The position numbers and the translations under genes were made by a program. Source: an uncultured Chitinophagales bacterium (GTDB lineage: Bacteria > Bacteroidota > Bacteroidia > Chitinophagales > S012-47). Taken from it: a stretch of DNA of 64,000 bases. Every line of letters begins with the position of its first letter. Position 1 is the first letter of the stretch. Positions 52,533-62,014 of this stretch are shown piece by piece. The stretch is taken from contig CAYYHM010000002.1 in the NCBI GenBank assembly GCA_964471795.1, positions 13,743-77,742 of the forward strand, read 5' to 3'. Below the pieces are notes generated by a model. That model was not told the DNA's origin and made no database searches. It saw only the letters and a list, made by a program, of their open reading frames with translations.

Positions 52533-55500
52533 GATGCTGTGGTTTCTGCAGCATCCAGGTTGGATACTGACTTCGTCTTTTCAGAAATAAAGGTGTACAT
52601 CGCAGGAATCACAAACAAGGTGAGCACTGTAGAGAACACCAGTCCGCCAATAACGGCGATACCCATAGACACCCGGCTTTCAGCACCGGCGCCCAAAGCC
52701 AGCGCTATAGGCAGTGTGCCGAGGATGGTGGACAAACTGGTCATGAGGATAGGCCTGAAACGTGCTACTGATGCCTCTCGTATGGCCTCCTGTACTGAGA
52801 GGCCTGCCGCTTTGCGCTGATTGGCAAACTCAACAATCAGGATACCGTTCTTGGTAACCAACCCAATCAACATGATGATACCTATCTGACTGAAGATATT
52901 GAGTGTCTGACCGTAAATCGACAGTGACAATACTGCGCCGGTAATAGCCAATGGCACAGTAAACATGATGATGATAGGGTCACGGAAGCTTTCGAATTGT
53001 GCACTTAACACCAGATAAATCAGCACCAGTGCCAGTACCAGCGCAAACAACAGGCTCGAAGAGCTCTCCAGAAAATCACGTGACGAGCCATTCCAGCTGT
53101 GTGTGAAGGTGTCGTCAAGCACTTCGTCGCCTACCTTTTCCATTGCTATGATACCATCACTCAACGAAACCCCTTCTGCCAGCTGCGCCGACACCGTAGC
53201 GGACACATACCTGTTGAACCGGAAGTACTGCGGTGATGAGGTCTGCTCCTGAATCCGCAGCAGGTTGTCGAGTTGTATCATGTCGCCTGCGTTGTTGCGC
53301 ACATACAGCCCCTTAAGGTCTACCGGCTCGTTGCGGTTGTCCTGTGCCACCTGCCCCAATACCTGATATTGCTTGCCGTTCATGATAAAGTACCCAAACC
53401 GCTGCCCGCTGAGTGCCAGCTGCATGGTTTGGGCGATATCGAGTACACTCACGCCCATGGTGCGGGCCTTGTCGCGATCGATTTCTACGGCCAGCTCGGG
53501 CTTGTTGAACTTCAGATCCACGTCGACAAAAGAGAACTCCGGTTGCTCCATGGCCTTACCAATAAATGTCGGCAATATGGACTTGAGCTTGTCCATACTG
53601 GTAGCCTGTATCACGTATTGCACTGGCAATCCGCCCCTGCGGTTTCCTATGGTTACCTCTTGGGTGATGAAGGCGCGTGCTCCGGGCAACTGTGAAGTGA
53701 TGCCCTGCAGCTGATTGGCTATCTCCTGTTGTGTGCGAACACGCTGGTCTTTATCTACCAATATCACCCTCAGAAACCCTGAGTTTACCGAACTGCCGGC
53801 TGCAAAGCCGGGCGAGGTCACACTGATGACACCCTTGAGTTCCGGTATCTGCTCTTGCACCTTTTGCCCCAACTCCACCATGTATCGATCCATGAAGGCG
53901 AATGTCACCCCTTCCGGTGCCGAAGCAATGGCTCTTGCTCCTCCCCGGTCTTCCAGCGGAGCCAACTCAGAGGGTAGCTCCCTGGCAATGAAGATGATAC
54001 CCAATACAGCCAGCACAATGATACCGATGGCTACTTCCCGCACCCGCAGGAAAGCATTGAGCCACCGCCGGTAGCCATTGTTCAAAGCGGTAAAGAACGG
54101 CTCTGTCTGATTGTACAACCAGTTGTGGCGCTCCCGGTATTTCAACACCTTGGAGGCCAGCATAGGAGTGAGCGTGAGCGCTACAAACGACGATATGATG
54201 ACCGCTCCGGCCAGCACGATGCCAAACTCACGAAACAGCCTTCCGGTAAGGCCCTGCAGGAAGATCACCGGCAGAAACACAGCCGCCAGCGCTACCGTGG
54301 TGGCAATCACCGCAAAGAATATCTCGGAAGTACCCCTTTCAGCTGCGGCTTTCGGCTGCATGCGCTGTTCAATCTTGGCATAGATGTTCTCCATCACCAC
54401 AATGGCATCATCCACTACCAACCCGATGGCCAGCACAATGCCCAGCAAGGTGAGTACATTGATGGAAAATCCCATGATGTACATGATAAAGAATGCACCG
54501 ATGAGCGAGATGGGGATTACAGCTACCGGTATGATGGTAGTCCGCCAATCGCGGAGGAACAGGAAGATGACCAGTACCACCAGCACCAGCGCTACCACGA
54601 TGGTCTGACGTACTTCCTCGATGCTGTCGCGGATGTATTCCGTATTGTCGAACCCGATTCCAATCTCAATATCGGCAGGCAGGTCCTTCTTCATCTGATC
54701 GAGTCGCTTGTAGACCTCGTCAGCAATGTCGATGTGGTTGGATCCCGGCTGAGGCACAATGGCATTCCCCACCATGGGGATACCATCTCGGCGCAGCACG
54801 GTGCGCAGGTTTTCAGGGCCCAGCTCAGCATAGCCCACATCCCTGAACCGCACGATCTGATCACCCGACTCTTTGATGATGAGATTGTTGAAATCGTCCG
54901 GTGTTTGGAGGCGACCCTGTGTGCGCACACTCAATTCCACATTTGCTCCCTCTATGGAACCTGACGGTAACTCTATGTTCTCCCGCAGGAGGGCATTGCG
55001 CACATCCAGTGGTGTGAGGCGGTAGGCTGTCAGCCGGTCCGGATCGAGCCACAGCCGCATGGCATAGGTTTTGGCACCCCACACCTGTATGGAGCTCACA
55101 CCGGGAATGGTCTGTAGTCGCTCCTTGAACACACGCTCAGCAATATCCGTCAGCTCCAGCATGTTGCGCTCGGCACTGCGGAAGTTGATGAACATGATCG
55201 GGTTGGCATCTGCGTCGGCCTTGGAAACGATAGGAGGATCGGCATCTGCCGGCAAGCGTCCTACCGCCTGGCCCACCTTGTCGCGCACGTCATTTACGGC
55301 AGCCTCCAGATCCTTCTCCAGCTCAAACTCCACAGTTACGGTGCTGCGACCATCACGGGAAGTTGAGGTGATGGTGCGGATACCATCAATTCCATTGACG
55401 GCATCTTCGATGGGCTCCGTGATCTGTGAAACAATGATCTCTGCATTAGCGCCCGGATAGTTGGTGCTTACTGTAACAACAGGCTGATCCACACTGGGGT

Positions 55501-55609
55501 ATTCGCGCACACCCAGGAAGGTATAGCCGATTACTCCGAAGATGATGATGGCTATCGACATCACGGTAGCCAGCACGGGTCGTTGAATGCTCAGTGACGA
55601 TAAGCTCAT
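52529..55609 (-). CDS. RND efflux transporter permease (AcrB/HAE1-like)
   Basis: 1026 aa. MSLSSLSIQRPVLATVMS... with a 12-TM, two-large-loop architecture. Start and stop overlap both neighbours. Confidence 0.93.
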   Translation of the reverse strand: MSLSSLSIQRPVLATVMSIAIIIFGVIGYTFLGVREYPSVDQPVVTVSTNYPGANAEIIVSQITEPIEDAVNGIDGIRTITSTSRDGRSTVTVEFELEKDLEAAVNDVRDKVGQAVGRLPADADPPIVSKADADANPIMFINFRSAERNMLELTDIAERVFKERLQTIPGVSSIQVWGAKTYAMRLWLDPDRLTAYRLTPLDVRNALLRENIELPSGSIEGANVELSVRTQGRLQTPDDFNNLIIKESGDQIVRFRDVGYAELGPENLRTVLRRDGIPMVGNAIVPQPGSNHIDIADEVYKRLDQMKKDLPADIEIGIGFDNTEYIRDSIEEVRQTIVVALVLVVLVIFLFLRDWRTTIIPVAVIPISLIGAFFIMYIMGFSINVLTLLGIVLAIGLVVDDAIVVMENIYAKIEQRMQPKAAAERGTSEIFFAVIATTVALAAVFLPVIFLQGLTGRLFREFGIVLAGAVIISSFVALTLTPMLASKVLKYRERHNWLYNQTEPFFTALNNGYRRWLNAFLRVREVAIGIIVLAVLGIIFIARELPSELAPLEDRGGARAIASAPEGVTFAFMDRYMVELGQKVQEQIPELKGVISVTSPGFAAGSSVNSGFLRVILVDKDQRVRTQQEIANQLQGITSQLPGARAFITQEVTIGNRRGGLPVQYVIQATSMDKLKSILPTFIGKAMEQPEFSFVDVDLKFNKPELAVEIDRDKARTMGVSVLDIAQTMQLALSGQRFGYFIMNGKQYQVLGQVAQDNRNEPVDLKGLYVRNNAGDMIQLDNLLRIQEQTSSPQYFRFNRYVSATVSAQLAEGVSLSDGIIAMEKVGDEVLDDTFTHSWNGSSRDFLESSSSLLFALVLALVLIYLVLSAQFESFRDPIIIMFTVPLAITGAVLSLSIYGQTLNIFSQIGIIMLIGLVTKNGILIVEFANQRKAAGLSVQEAIREASVARFRPILMTSLSTILGTLPIALALGAGAESRVSMGIAVIGGLVFSTVLTLFVIPAMYTFISEKTKSVSNLDAAETTAS

Positions 55610-56694
55610 GGTGCCGGGGTTTCAATTATCTGGCGAATAGCCACCGGCAACCCGGGGCGAAGCTGGAGGATGCCACTGACCACAACGGTATCGCCCGGGG
55701 ACAGTCCACTTACCACCTGTACACCCGTAGCCTTGCGTATGCCTGTTTCAACCATCACGGGCATGGCCTTCCCTTCCCTGACTATGTACACCTTTTGTGC
55801 TCCAAGTTCCGGTATCACAGCCTCGGCAGGCACCATCAGGGTTTCTGTATATTCTTCCAATGGCAGGGTGATGGAGGCAAATGCACCGGGAGTAAGCAGC
55901 TGCCCGGTGTTGGCCGTGGTAGCTCGTATCCGGAAAGTTCGTGTGGCCGCTTCTATCTGCGGCTCTATGGCGTAGATGGTGGCCTTGTACGGTTGCAAGA
56001 TACCTTCAACGGTAAAGGTAATCTCATCGCCCTTCCCTATCCTGCCGGTATACTTCTCCGGCAGCGAAAACTCTATCTTCATGGGATTCGTCTTTACCAG
56101 CGAGGCGATGGCTTGCCCTGCAGTTACATAGCTGCCTTTACTCACCTGACGCAAGCCGATGATTCCCGAAAACGGTGCCTGCATCATGGTTTTCCCGATG
56201 CGCACATCCAAGAGCAGGCTGTCGGCCTGCAGCGACCTCCACTCGGTGACTGCACGATCATAGTCTTCGCGACTTACTGCCCCACGAGCCAGCAGCTCTT
56301 CCTGACGCTTCATGCGATCGAGTGCCAATATCTGCTGTGCTTTCACCTTATTTAGCTGAGCCTGCAGGTCAGCATTGTCGATCTGCAACAACAGCTGCCC
56401 TGCCTGTACGACACTTCCTTCCTGAAAATAGATCTCTTGTACCCTGCCGGCCACCTCCATCTGTAGGGTTACCTGCTCATCCGGCAGCAGCGTACCGGTT
56501 GCCGATAAGGTTTCGGATAAAGATATCGGCTGCACAACAACCACGTCGGCAGCCACAGGCTTTGCTGTTCCCGGCGCCGGCGCTCCGGGCTGTATTTTTT
56601 CCTCGCTGCTTCCCAACAGGTAACGCACTACCAGTACTGCCAGCAGCACAGTGATGATGAATAAACTAAGGATCCTGATACCAGATTGCTTCAT
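55606..56694 (-). CDS. RND efflux periplasmic adaptor (membrane fusion protein)
   Basis: N-terminal TM, then lipoyl/hairpin/beta-barrel pattern (V.AG..L..ID...L...L). The internal ATG at 56694 overlaps the marR stop (ATGA). Confidence 0.88.
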   Translation of the reverse strand: MKQSGIRILSLFIITVLLAVLVVRYLLGSSEEKIQPGAPAPGTAKPVAADVVVVQPISLSETLSATGTLLPDEQVTLQMEVAGRVQEIYFQEGSVVQAGQLLLQIDNADLQAQLNKVKAQQILALDRMKRQEELLARGAVSREDYDRAVTEWRSLQADSLLLDVRIGKTMMQAPFSGIIGLRQVSKGSYVTAGQAIASLVKTNPMKIEFSLPEKYTGRIGKGDEITFTVEGILQPYKATIYAIEPQIEAATRTFRIRATTANTGQLLTPGAFASITLPLEEYTETLMVPAEAVIPELGAQKVYIVREGKAMPVMVETGIRKATGVQVVSGLSPGDTVVVSGILQLRPGLPVAIRQIIETPAP

Positions 56695-57173
56695 GTGGAA
56701 GGGTTTGACAAAATGTGTTTGAAGGATGGATGAATAGCCGTTGCGGGCATGGCCGCCAGCGCTTCCTGCAGCGATGCTGTCTGCTGCAACCATGTGGCGG
56801 TGTCTATACCTGTAGCCTGTTCCAGCTCATGATTCAGCCGGTCTACTTCCTGTGTCACGCGACGGGCTACCATGGAGCCGGCATGGGTTAGACTCAACAG
56901 ATGCGCCCGCTTATCTGATGTACTCACTGAACGCACTACCAAGCCATTTTCTTCCAGGTAATGCAACATCCGGGCAATGGTGGCCTTGTCCAGCTGAAGC
57001 TGCCGAGCCAGACAGTTTTGGGTCAGGGGTGGATTTGCTTGCCCGATCATCACAGGCACATACAGATACCTGTCTACGGGTAAGTCAGACAACCGGTCAT
57101 ACAGTACCCCTACATACTGCCTGGTAAGCGTATGTGCCGCCTTGCTGAGTGGTATGATTTGCCTGTCTGACAT
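56691..57173 (-). CDS. MarR-family transcriptional regulator
   Basis: Winged-HTH region LTQNCLARQLQLDKATIARMLHYLEENGLVVR..S..DKR. First gene of the efflux operon. Confidence 0.85.
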   Translation of the reverse strand: MSDRQIIPLSKAAHTLTRQYVGVLYDRLSDLPVDRYLYVPVMIGQANPPLTQNCLARQLQLDKATIARMLHYLEENGLVVRSVSTSDKRAHLLSLTHAGSMVARRVTQEVDRLNHELEQATGIDTATWLQQTASLQEALAAMPATAIHPSFKHILSNPST

Positions 57174-57192
57174 GCTTGTTGATTCAACCACA

Positions 57193-57230
57193 CAAAATTA
57201 GTTGAAACACGCAACTATTTTGTCGACAAA
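57193..57230 (-). promoter_or_regulatory. marR-efflux operon promoter/operator: -7 box TAATTTTG plus two palindromes
   Basis: Minus-strand TAATTTTG (57193-57200) lies 19 nt upstream of the ATG. Inverted repeat TAGTTG-n7-CAACTA (57199-57217) overlaps it. A perfect 12-bp palindrome TTTGTCGACAAA sits at 57219-57230. Confidence 0.55.
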
Positions 57231-57305
57231 GAACTGCTCCAACAGAATGGTATACCCAAGCACTACAGGATCATCGACCGGCTATCCACTTATCTGTAAC
57301 CTCAG

Positions 57306-59345
57306 CTACACTTTACCTATTGTCGCTGTGGTTCGATAGAAACGGTGCATGTACCAAATATGTGGGGCGCTGACTGCTGCCAGGAAGATGAAGAATACAG
57401 GCCAGACGGAATCTGCCACTTCACCAATAGTGATGAACAGAGCGCCGAAAAGCAGGAAAAACAACACAGCCATGGATGAAAAAGGCAATGCCTTCAGCAA
57501 CATCTGTCGATGAGAGAATTGGTGGGTCTGCCGGATATGTTGCCAGCCATTGAGACTATGATGTCCTATGAAGTACAGGGCAAAAGCAGTAAGGATGGGC
57601 AAAAAGGCACCTATCAGCAGTACGATCATCAGTTTTATCCAACCCGGACGGGCGGCAGCGGGGAGCTCCATACCACTAATCAATAGTCCAAAAGTGCCAC
57701 TAAGCGTAAAGAATGTAGCCAGTTGGGTAGATCCAATCAATTCCTGCAGACCATATATCCCTAGGTAAGGTGTTAAATCACCCCAGTGGGTCCCCAACAG
57801 GAATAGCAATAACCCCATACCATGAGATACTGCCGCCAACGGCGAATAGGTTCGCCACTCCCGGTAGTCGGTTTCCCCGAAATGCCAGGCAGAGTAGGCG
57901 AGAAACAGAAGCAACCCTACAACCGGCATTAGCCACCATACGGCAGCCACCACAGCCATGATGCCGATATAACCGCCCACAAACGGCAGCATACGCCAAC
58001 TTAGCCGCCTCGTAGGCATGGTAAGCACATGATCGAGTGCGCCGTGTGGAATTCCGGGAAAAAGAAGCCCTACTGCCAACAGCACCTGACTAATAACCAT
58101 TGCCTTATCGGGAAAAACAGATTGTATTACCAACAAAAACAGGGCTATCAACAACAATAGGCCGGTCCGTCCGGATAGGGCGACCAGCCTGGATAGTACC
58201 GATTCTGCCAACGACCGCAGAAATGGCAATTTGGGTAGTGACGCCAGAATGGATATCTCCTCAGCGGCACTGCTTTGCTCCTGCAGGAAGCGGAACACCT
58301 GTGGCGGTGGTATCCGTTTCAACAGCTGTGTGAAGATCCTGCTCCCCTGTGAGGGACGATGCCTCAGTATATGCAGCAACAACGAATCATAGAAGGCGAA
58401 CCTTGGCTTTCGCGGGATCACAAGCAAGGCCTCGCTTTCCTGTTGCTCAGCGGCTGCCAGCGCTCTGCTGTGCTGATACATACTGTAGAAAGCATATCCG
58501 GTAGTTGCCTTTACCGCTCCCGCCGAAGTGCCTACCGGAATGTACCCTGCTCTTGCCTGGTGCACCATTTCGCCAAGCTCCAATGACATGGGGATACATC
58601 CTGTTTCCTCCTCTTCTACCTCATAGCTTCCCCACTTATCTGACACATAGGCCTGCAATGCCGGTGCCGCCTCTTCCATGGTAAGCCGTTGCCTGCCGAA
58701 GCGTGTCATCTCCACCAGCAGGTGCTCCCCGGAAAAGGGAAGTACATACATGAACTGGCAGTGCCCACGCTGCGGTATGTTGAAATCCATCATCTCCATT
58801 ACCTGCGCATCAGCATGCCGCTCCCGCAGCCGCACCCGATAGCCGGCAAACGATTGCCACAGCACCCCATCCTCCTGCTGTAATAGCGTCTGTTGCTCCT
58901 GATTCAGCCGACTGTCGAACACCTTGCTTACCTGATAGGTGTGATCAGCGATCAACTGATTGCCGCCGGGGATTTCATGGATGTCCTGCACCGCCTCATT
59001 ACACCAATGTATTCCATCATACGCTGCCAGCTGCTTCCGCACATACGCATAGAAGGGCTCACTGCGGACATGATAATAGCGGTAGGGATCGATTCTCTTG
59101 GTGCCGGCAGGGGTGTTGACCATCTCCCAGGATGCGTCGATGACCGGATGTAATGACTGAATGATATCCTCGTCGGGTCTAGCCCAGAAGCACCATGTCC
59201 GGTCGTTACCCTTATGGCGGGAAGGCTCAAAAACAATCACTCGCTTGCCGGCAAGCAGACCCGCTTCGTGGAAGGCCAGCAACAGCAACATGCCCGATCC
59301 TCCGGCACCTACAACGGCATAATCGTATGTCCTGTCTGCATTCAA
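57306..59345 (-). CDS. Fusion protein: N-terminal CrtY-type lycopene cyclase plus C-terminal Brp/Blh-family beta-carotene 15,15'-dioxygenase
   Basis: N-terminal half: FAD fold YDYAVVGAGGSG, DRTWCFW, FMYVLPF, ETGCIPM, AGAVKATTGY, RFAFYD.LLL.IL. C-terminal half (multi-TM): GIPHGALDH, SAWHFGE and IGHHSLNGWQH, matching the four conserved His of Brp/Blh. It is one uninterrupted 679-codon frame. Confidence 0.8.
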   Translation of the reverse strand: MNADRTYDYAVVGAGGSGMLLLLAFHEAGLLAGKRVIVFEPSRHKGNDRTWCFWARPDEDIIQSLHPVIDASWEMVNTPAGTKRIDPYRYYHVRSEPFYAYVRKQLAAYDGIHWCNEAVQDIHEIPGGNQLIADHTYQVSKVFDSRLNQEQQTLLQQEDGVLWQSFAGYRVRLRERHADAQVMEMMDFNIPQRGHCQFMYVLPFSGEHLLVEMTRFGRQRLTMEEAAPALQAYVSDKWGSYEVEEEETGCIPMSLELGEMVHQARAGYIPVGTSAGAVKATTGYAFYSMYQHSRALAAAEQQESEALLVIPRKPRFAFYDSLLLHILRHRPSQGSRIFTQLLKRIPPPQVFRFLQEQSSAAEEISILASLPKLPFLRSLAESVLSRLVALSGRTGLLLLIALFLLVIQSVFPDKAMVISQVLLAVGLLFPGIPHGALDHVLTMPTRRLSWRMLPFVGGYIGIMAVVAAVWWLMPVVGLLLFLAYSAWHFGETDYREWRTYSPLAAVSHGMGLLLFLLGTHWGDLTPYLGIYGLQELIGSTQLATFFTLSGTFGLLISGMELPAAARPGWIKLMIVLLIGAFLPILTAFALYFIGHHSLNGWQHIRQTHQFSHRQMLLKALPFSSMAVLFFLLFGALFITIGEVADSVWPVFFIFLAAVSAPHIWYMHRFYRTTATIGKV

Positions 59346-59504
59346 GTTTGTCGGCAGTTAGTTGAAGAGGGTGGTCGGGTGCAGTCAGGAAGGTAAGTGC
59401 ACAACCCGGTTCTGTACAGGTTGTTCATCACCCACCGTCAAGATAGGCAGAATAAATGAGTACACCGTTTACTATTTCATAATATCCTCCGACCTGACAA
59501 TCCG

Positions 59505-59512
59505 TATTTTTG
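59505..59512 (+). promoter_or_regulatory. Candidate -7 box (TATTTTTG) immediately upstream of lnt
   Basis: Matches TAnnTTTG and ends 4 nt before the GTG start at 59517. Confidence 0.35.
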
Positions 59513-59516
59513 CGGC

Positions 59517-61214
59517 GTGTCCAACAGATTCACCTATATCCTGGCGGCTGTAACAGCCGGAATCGTCGCCTGGTTGGCGTGGCCGCCACATGCTGGTATT
59601 TTATCACTATTGTTGCTTGCGGCATTCACCCCATTACTTTGGATTGAATCGCACATCAGTACTCACAAACCGACACGCAGCCGACTGCAGGTACTGGGGT
59701 ATGGCTACCTAACCTTCCTGATTTGGAACACCCTAACCACCTGGTGGGTAGCTAACGCCAGCCTTGGTGGTGCCGTATTCGCCCTACTGGTCAACAGTTT
59801 GTTCATGGCTGTGGTCTTTCTGGCATACCACATCACCAAATCCAAGGTAGGCAATGCACTCGGGTATTTCAGTCTGCCCATATATTGGCTGGCGTTCGAG
59901 TTTCTACACCTTCGCTGGGAGTTTTCGTGGCCATGGCTTACGTTGGGCAACGGATTTGCCTCCTTTCCGGCCATCATACAATGGTACGAGTGGACCGGGG
60001 TATTGGGTGGGTCGCTGTGGATATGGCTCACGAATCTCTTGTTGTTCCGGGCATGGCATCTTCGTACCGACCTGCTGGAGAAGTGCCGGCAAAATCCGGA
60101 AGACACCGACCTGCGTGACTATTTGTCCATCCGCACCAAGGTCTCCATGACAAAAATCAGCCTGCTGGTGGCACTGCCTGTGGTCGTATCTCTTGTTTTG
60201 CTGAATACCACTCAACAGCAGACCGACAACACCCCGGTAGAGATTGCCGTGATTCAACCCAACATCGATCCGTATCTGGAGAAATTCCCGGGCAGCCCCA
60301 ACCATATACCCTACAGCCGACAGATGCAACGGATGCAGCGGCTGATGGACAGCGTTGTAACACCCACAACGGATATTGTCGTGCTTCCCGAAACAGCCCT
60401 GCCGGGAGGAACGAACATTGATGACCCGTGGTCTTCTGCAGAGGTACAACTGCTGTATCAATGGCTCTTGGCTCATCCGCACATTTCTGTACTCATCGGT
60501 ATGGATGGCTACGAAGTCTATGGCGAGGAACCGCAAACCATCACCTCGCGTCGCTCATCCGGTGGCATCTACTACGATGCCTTCAATTCGGCGGCACTGT
60601 TTCAGGCAGATACCTCCTTTTACCAGGTGTACCACAAGTCCAGACTGGTTCCCGGCGTGGAACGCATGCCCTATCCGGGGATATTCCGGTTCCTGGAGCG
60701 TTTTGTCCTCGATATGGGCGGCATTTCCGGTAGTCTGGGTATGCAGGCCGACAGAACTACCTTCTTCACCCCGGACACTATAGGTCTGGCACCCATCATC
60801 TGCTATGAGTCCATCTATGGCGACTATATAACCGACTATGTACAGGGTGGCGCCACCGTGCTGTGCATCATCACCAATGATGGATGGTGGGGCAATACGG
60901 CAGGATATCGCCAACACCTGGCATATGCCTCCCTTCGCGCTATCGAGACCCGTAGGCCGGTGATCCGGTCGGCCAACACGGGCATCAGCGCCGTGCTGGA
61001 TATCAGGGGCCTGCTTCAGCAGACAACACCGTGGTGGCAACCGACTGCATTTGCCACTACCATACATCCCAATACCGCAATGACCGTGTACACAAGATAT
61101 GGTGATGTGTTGGGCAGGCTGGCTGTGCTACTTGCCGTGATACTCCTGCTGTACCAACTGATTAGCGGCCAAACCAATGGCTTTTATTACCGACGACAAA
61201 AGATCCGAAGATGA
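59517..61214 (+). CDS. lnt: Apolipoprotein N-acyltransferase
   Basis: N-terminal multi-TM domain plus a C-terminal CN-hydrolase domain (VLPE, HK..LVPG.E, ICYESIY). GTG start per the track. Confidence 0.88.
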   Translation: MSNRFTYILAAVTAGIVAWLAWPPHAGILSLLLLAAFTPLLWIESHISTHKPTRSRLQVLGYGYLTFLIWNTLTTWWVANASLGGAVFALLVNSLFMAVVFLAYHITKSKVGNALGYFSLPIYWLAFEFLHLRWEFSWPWLTLGNGFASFPAIIQWYEWTGVLGGSLWIWLTNLLLFRAWHLRTDLLEKCRQNPEDTDLRDYLSIRTKVSMTKISLLVALPVVVSLVLLNTTQQQTDNTPVEIAVIQPNIDPYLEKFPGSPNHIPYSRQMQRMQRLMDSVVTPTTDIVVLPETALPGGTNIDDPWSSAEVQLLYQWLLAHPHISVLIGMDGYEVYGEEPQTITSRRSSGGIYYDAFNSAALFQADTSFYQVYHKSRLVPGVERMPYPGIFRFLERFVLDMGGISGSLGMQADRTTFFTPDTIGLAPIICYESIYGDYITDYVQGGATVLCIITNDGWWGNTAGYRQHLAYASLRAIETRRPVIRSANTGISAVLDIRGLLQQTTPWWQPTAFATTIHPNTAMTVYTRYGDVLGRLAVLLAVILLLYQLISGQTNGFYYRRQKIRR

Positions 61215-62014
61215 CCACACCCCTTCCAACCCTACTGGACAGCACCATCGATATCGTAAAGCAGGCCGGTGAACACCTGCGGGAAGCCTGGAAAAACCCG
61301 ACAGGTCGCACCGTTACCGCCAAGGAGCGCAACAGTTTTGTGACTGACATGGATGTACTCACAGAACAGCGCCTGGTAAAGCAACTCCGCGAGCTGCTGC
61401 CGGAGGCTACCTTCATCACTGAAGAGAGCACTACGGAACAGGCCACCGGCGAGTGGTCGTGGGTGATTGACCCAATCGATGGCACTACCAATTTCATGTA
61501 CCGGCTACCTTGTTTTTCCATCAGCGTAGCGCTGGTGCAGCATGGCATCCCCGTGCTGGGTGTGGTGTATGAGGTGATGCAGAACGAGTGCTTCTCCGCC
61601 ATCAAAGGTGGCGGCGCCTTTCTGAATGGCGCACCGATACAGGTAAATCCCGCCGATGCCATCAAAGATGCCCTGATAGCTACCGGCTTCCCATATCACG
61701 ACCATACCCATACCGATGCGCTTGTAGCGATAGTAGCCGATCTCATCCGAGGTGCTCGCGGCCTGCGACGCTTTGGATCGGCAGCGGTAGACCTGGCCTA
61801 TGTGGCTTGTGGGCGATTTGACGCTTTCTATGAACACACCCTAAACCAATGGGATATAGCAGCAGGCGTGCTGATCGTATCCGAGGCAGGTGGTGTGGTA
61901 AGTGATTTTGCAGGACAAGATGATTATCTCCACAACGGGCAGATGGTAGCTGCTGCTGCACCACTGCACCAGGAGTTACAGACACTGGTAGCGAAGCACT
62001 TCTTTGCCCGTTAG
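61211..62014 (+). CDS. Inositol monophosphatase family protein (SuhB-like)
   Basis: EES, WVIDPIDGTTNF and GSAAVDLAYVACG. Start overlaps the lnt stop (ATGA). Confidence 0.88.
   Translation: MTTPLPTLLDSTIDIVKQAGEHLREAWKNPTGRTVTAKERNSFVTDMDVLTEQRLVKQLRELLPEATFITEESTTEQATGEWSWVIDPIDGTTNFMYRLPCFSISVALVQHGIPVLGVVYEVMQNECFSAIKGGGAFLNGAPIQVNPADAIKDALIATGFPYHDHTHTDALVAIVADLIRGARGLRRFGSAAVDLAYVACGRFDAFYEHTLNQWDIAAGVLIVSEAGGVVSDFAGQDDYLHNGQMVAAAAPLHQELQTLVAKHFFAR

Noticed and set aside
54125-54964. 279-aa His/Arg/Gln-rich plus-strand ORF, plus several neighbours at 53273-55460
   Set aside because: They lie antisense to the RND permease, whose own reading frame is strongly supported. Their composition is typical of the complement of a membrane-protein gene.
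51237-57173. MarR-RND-TolC operon plus convergent MFS pump as a novel resistance island
   Set aside because: All components are canonical, GC looks host-like, and there are no mobility genes. It is an ordinary chromosomal efflux locus.
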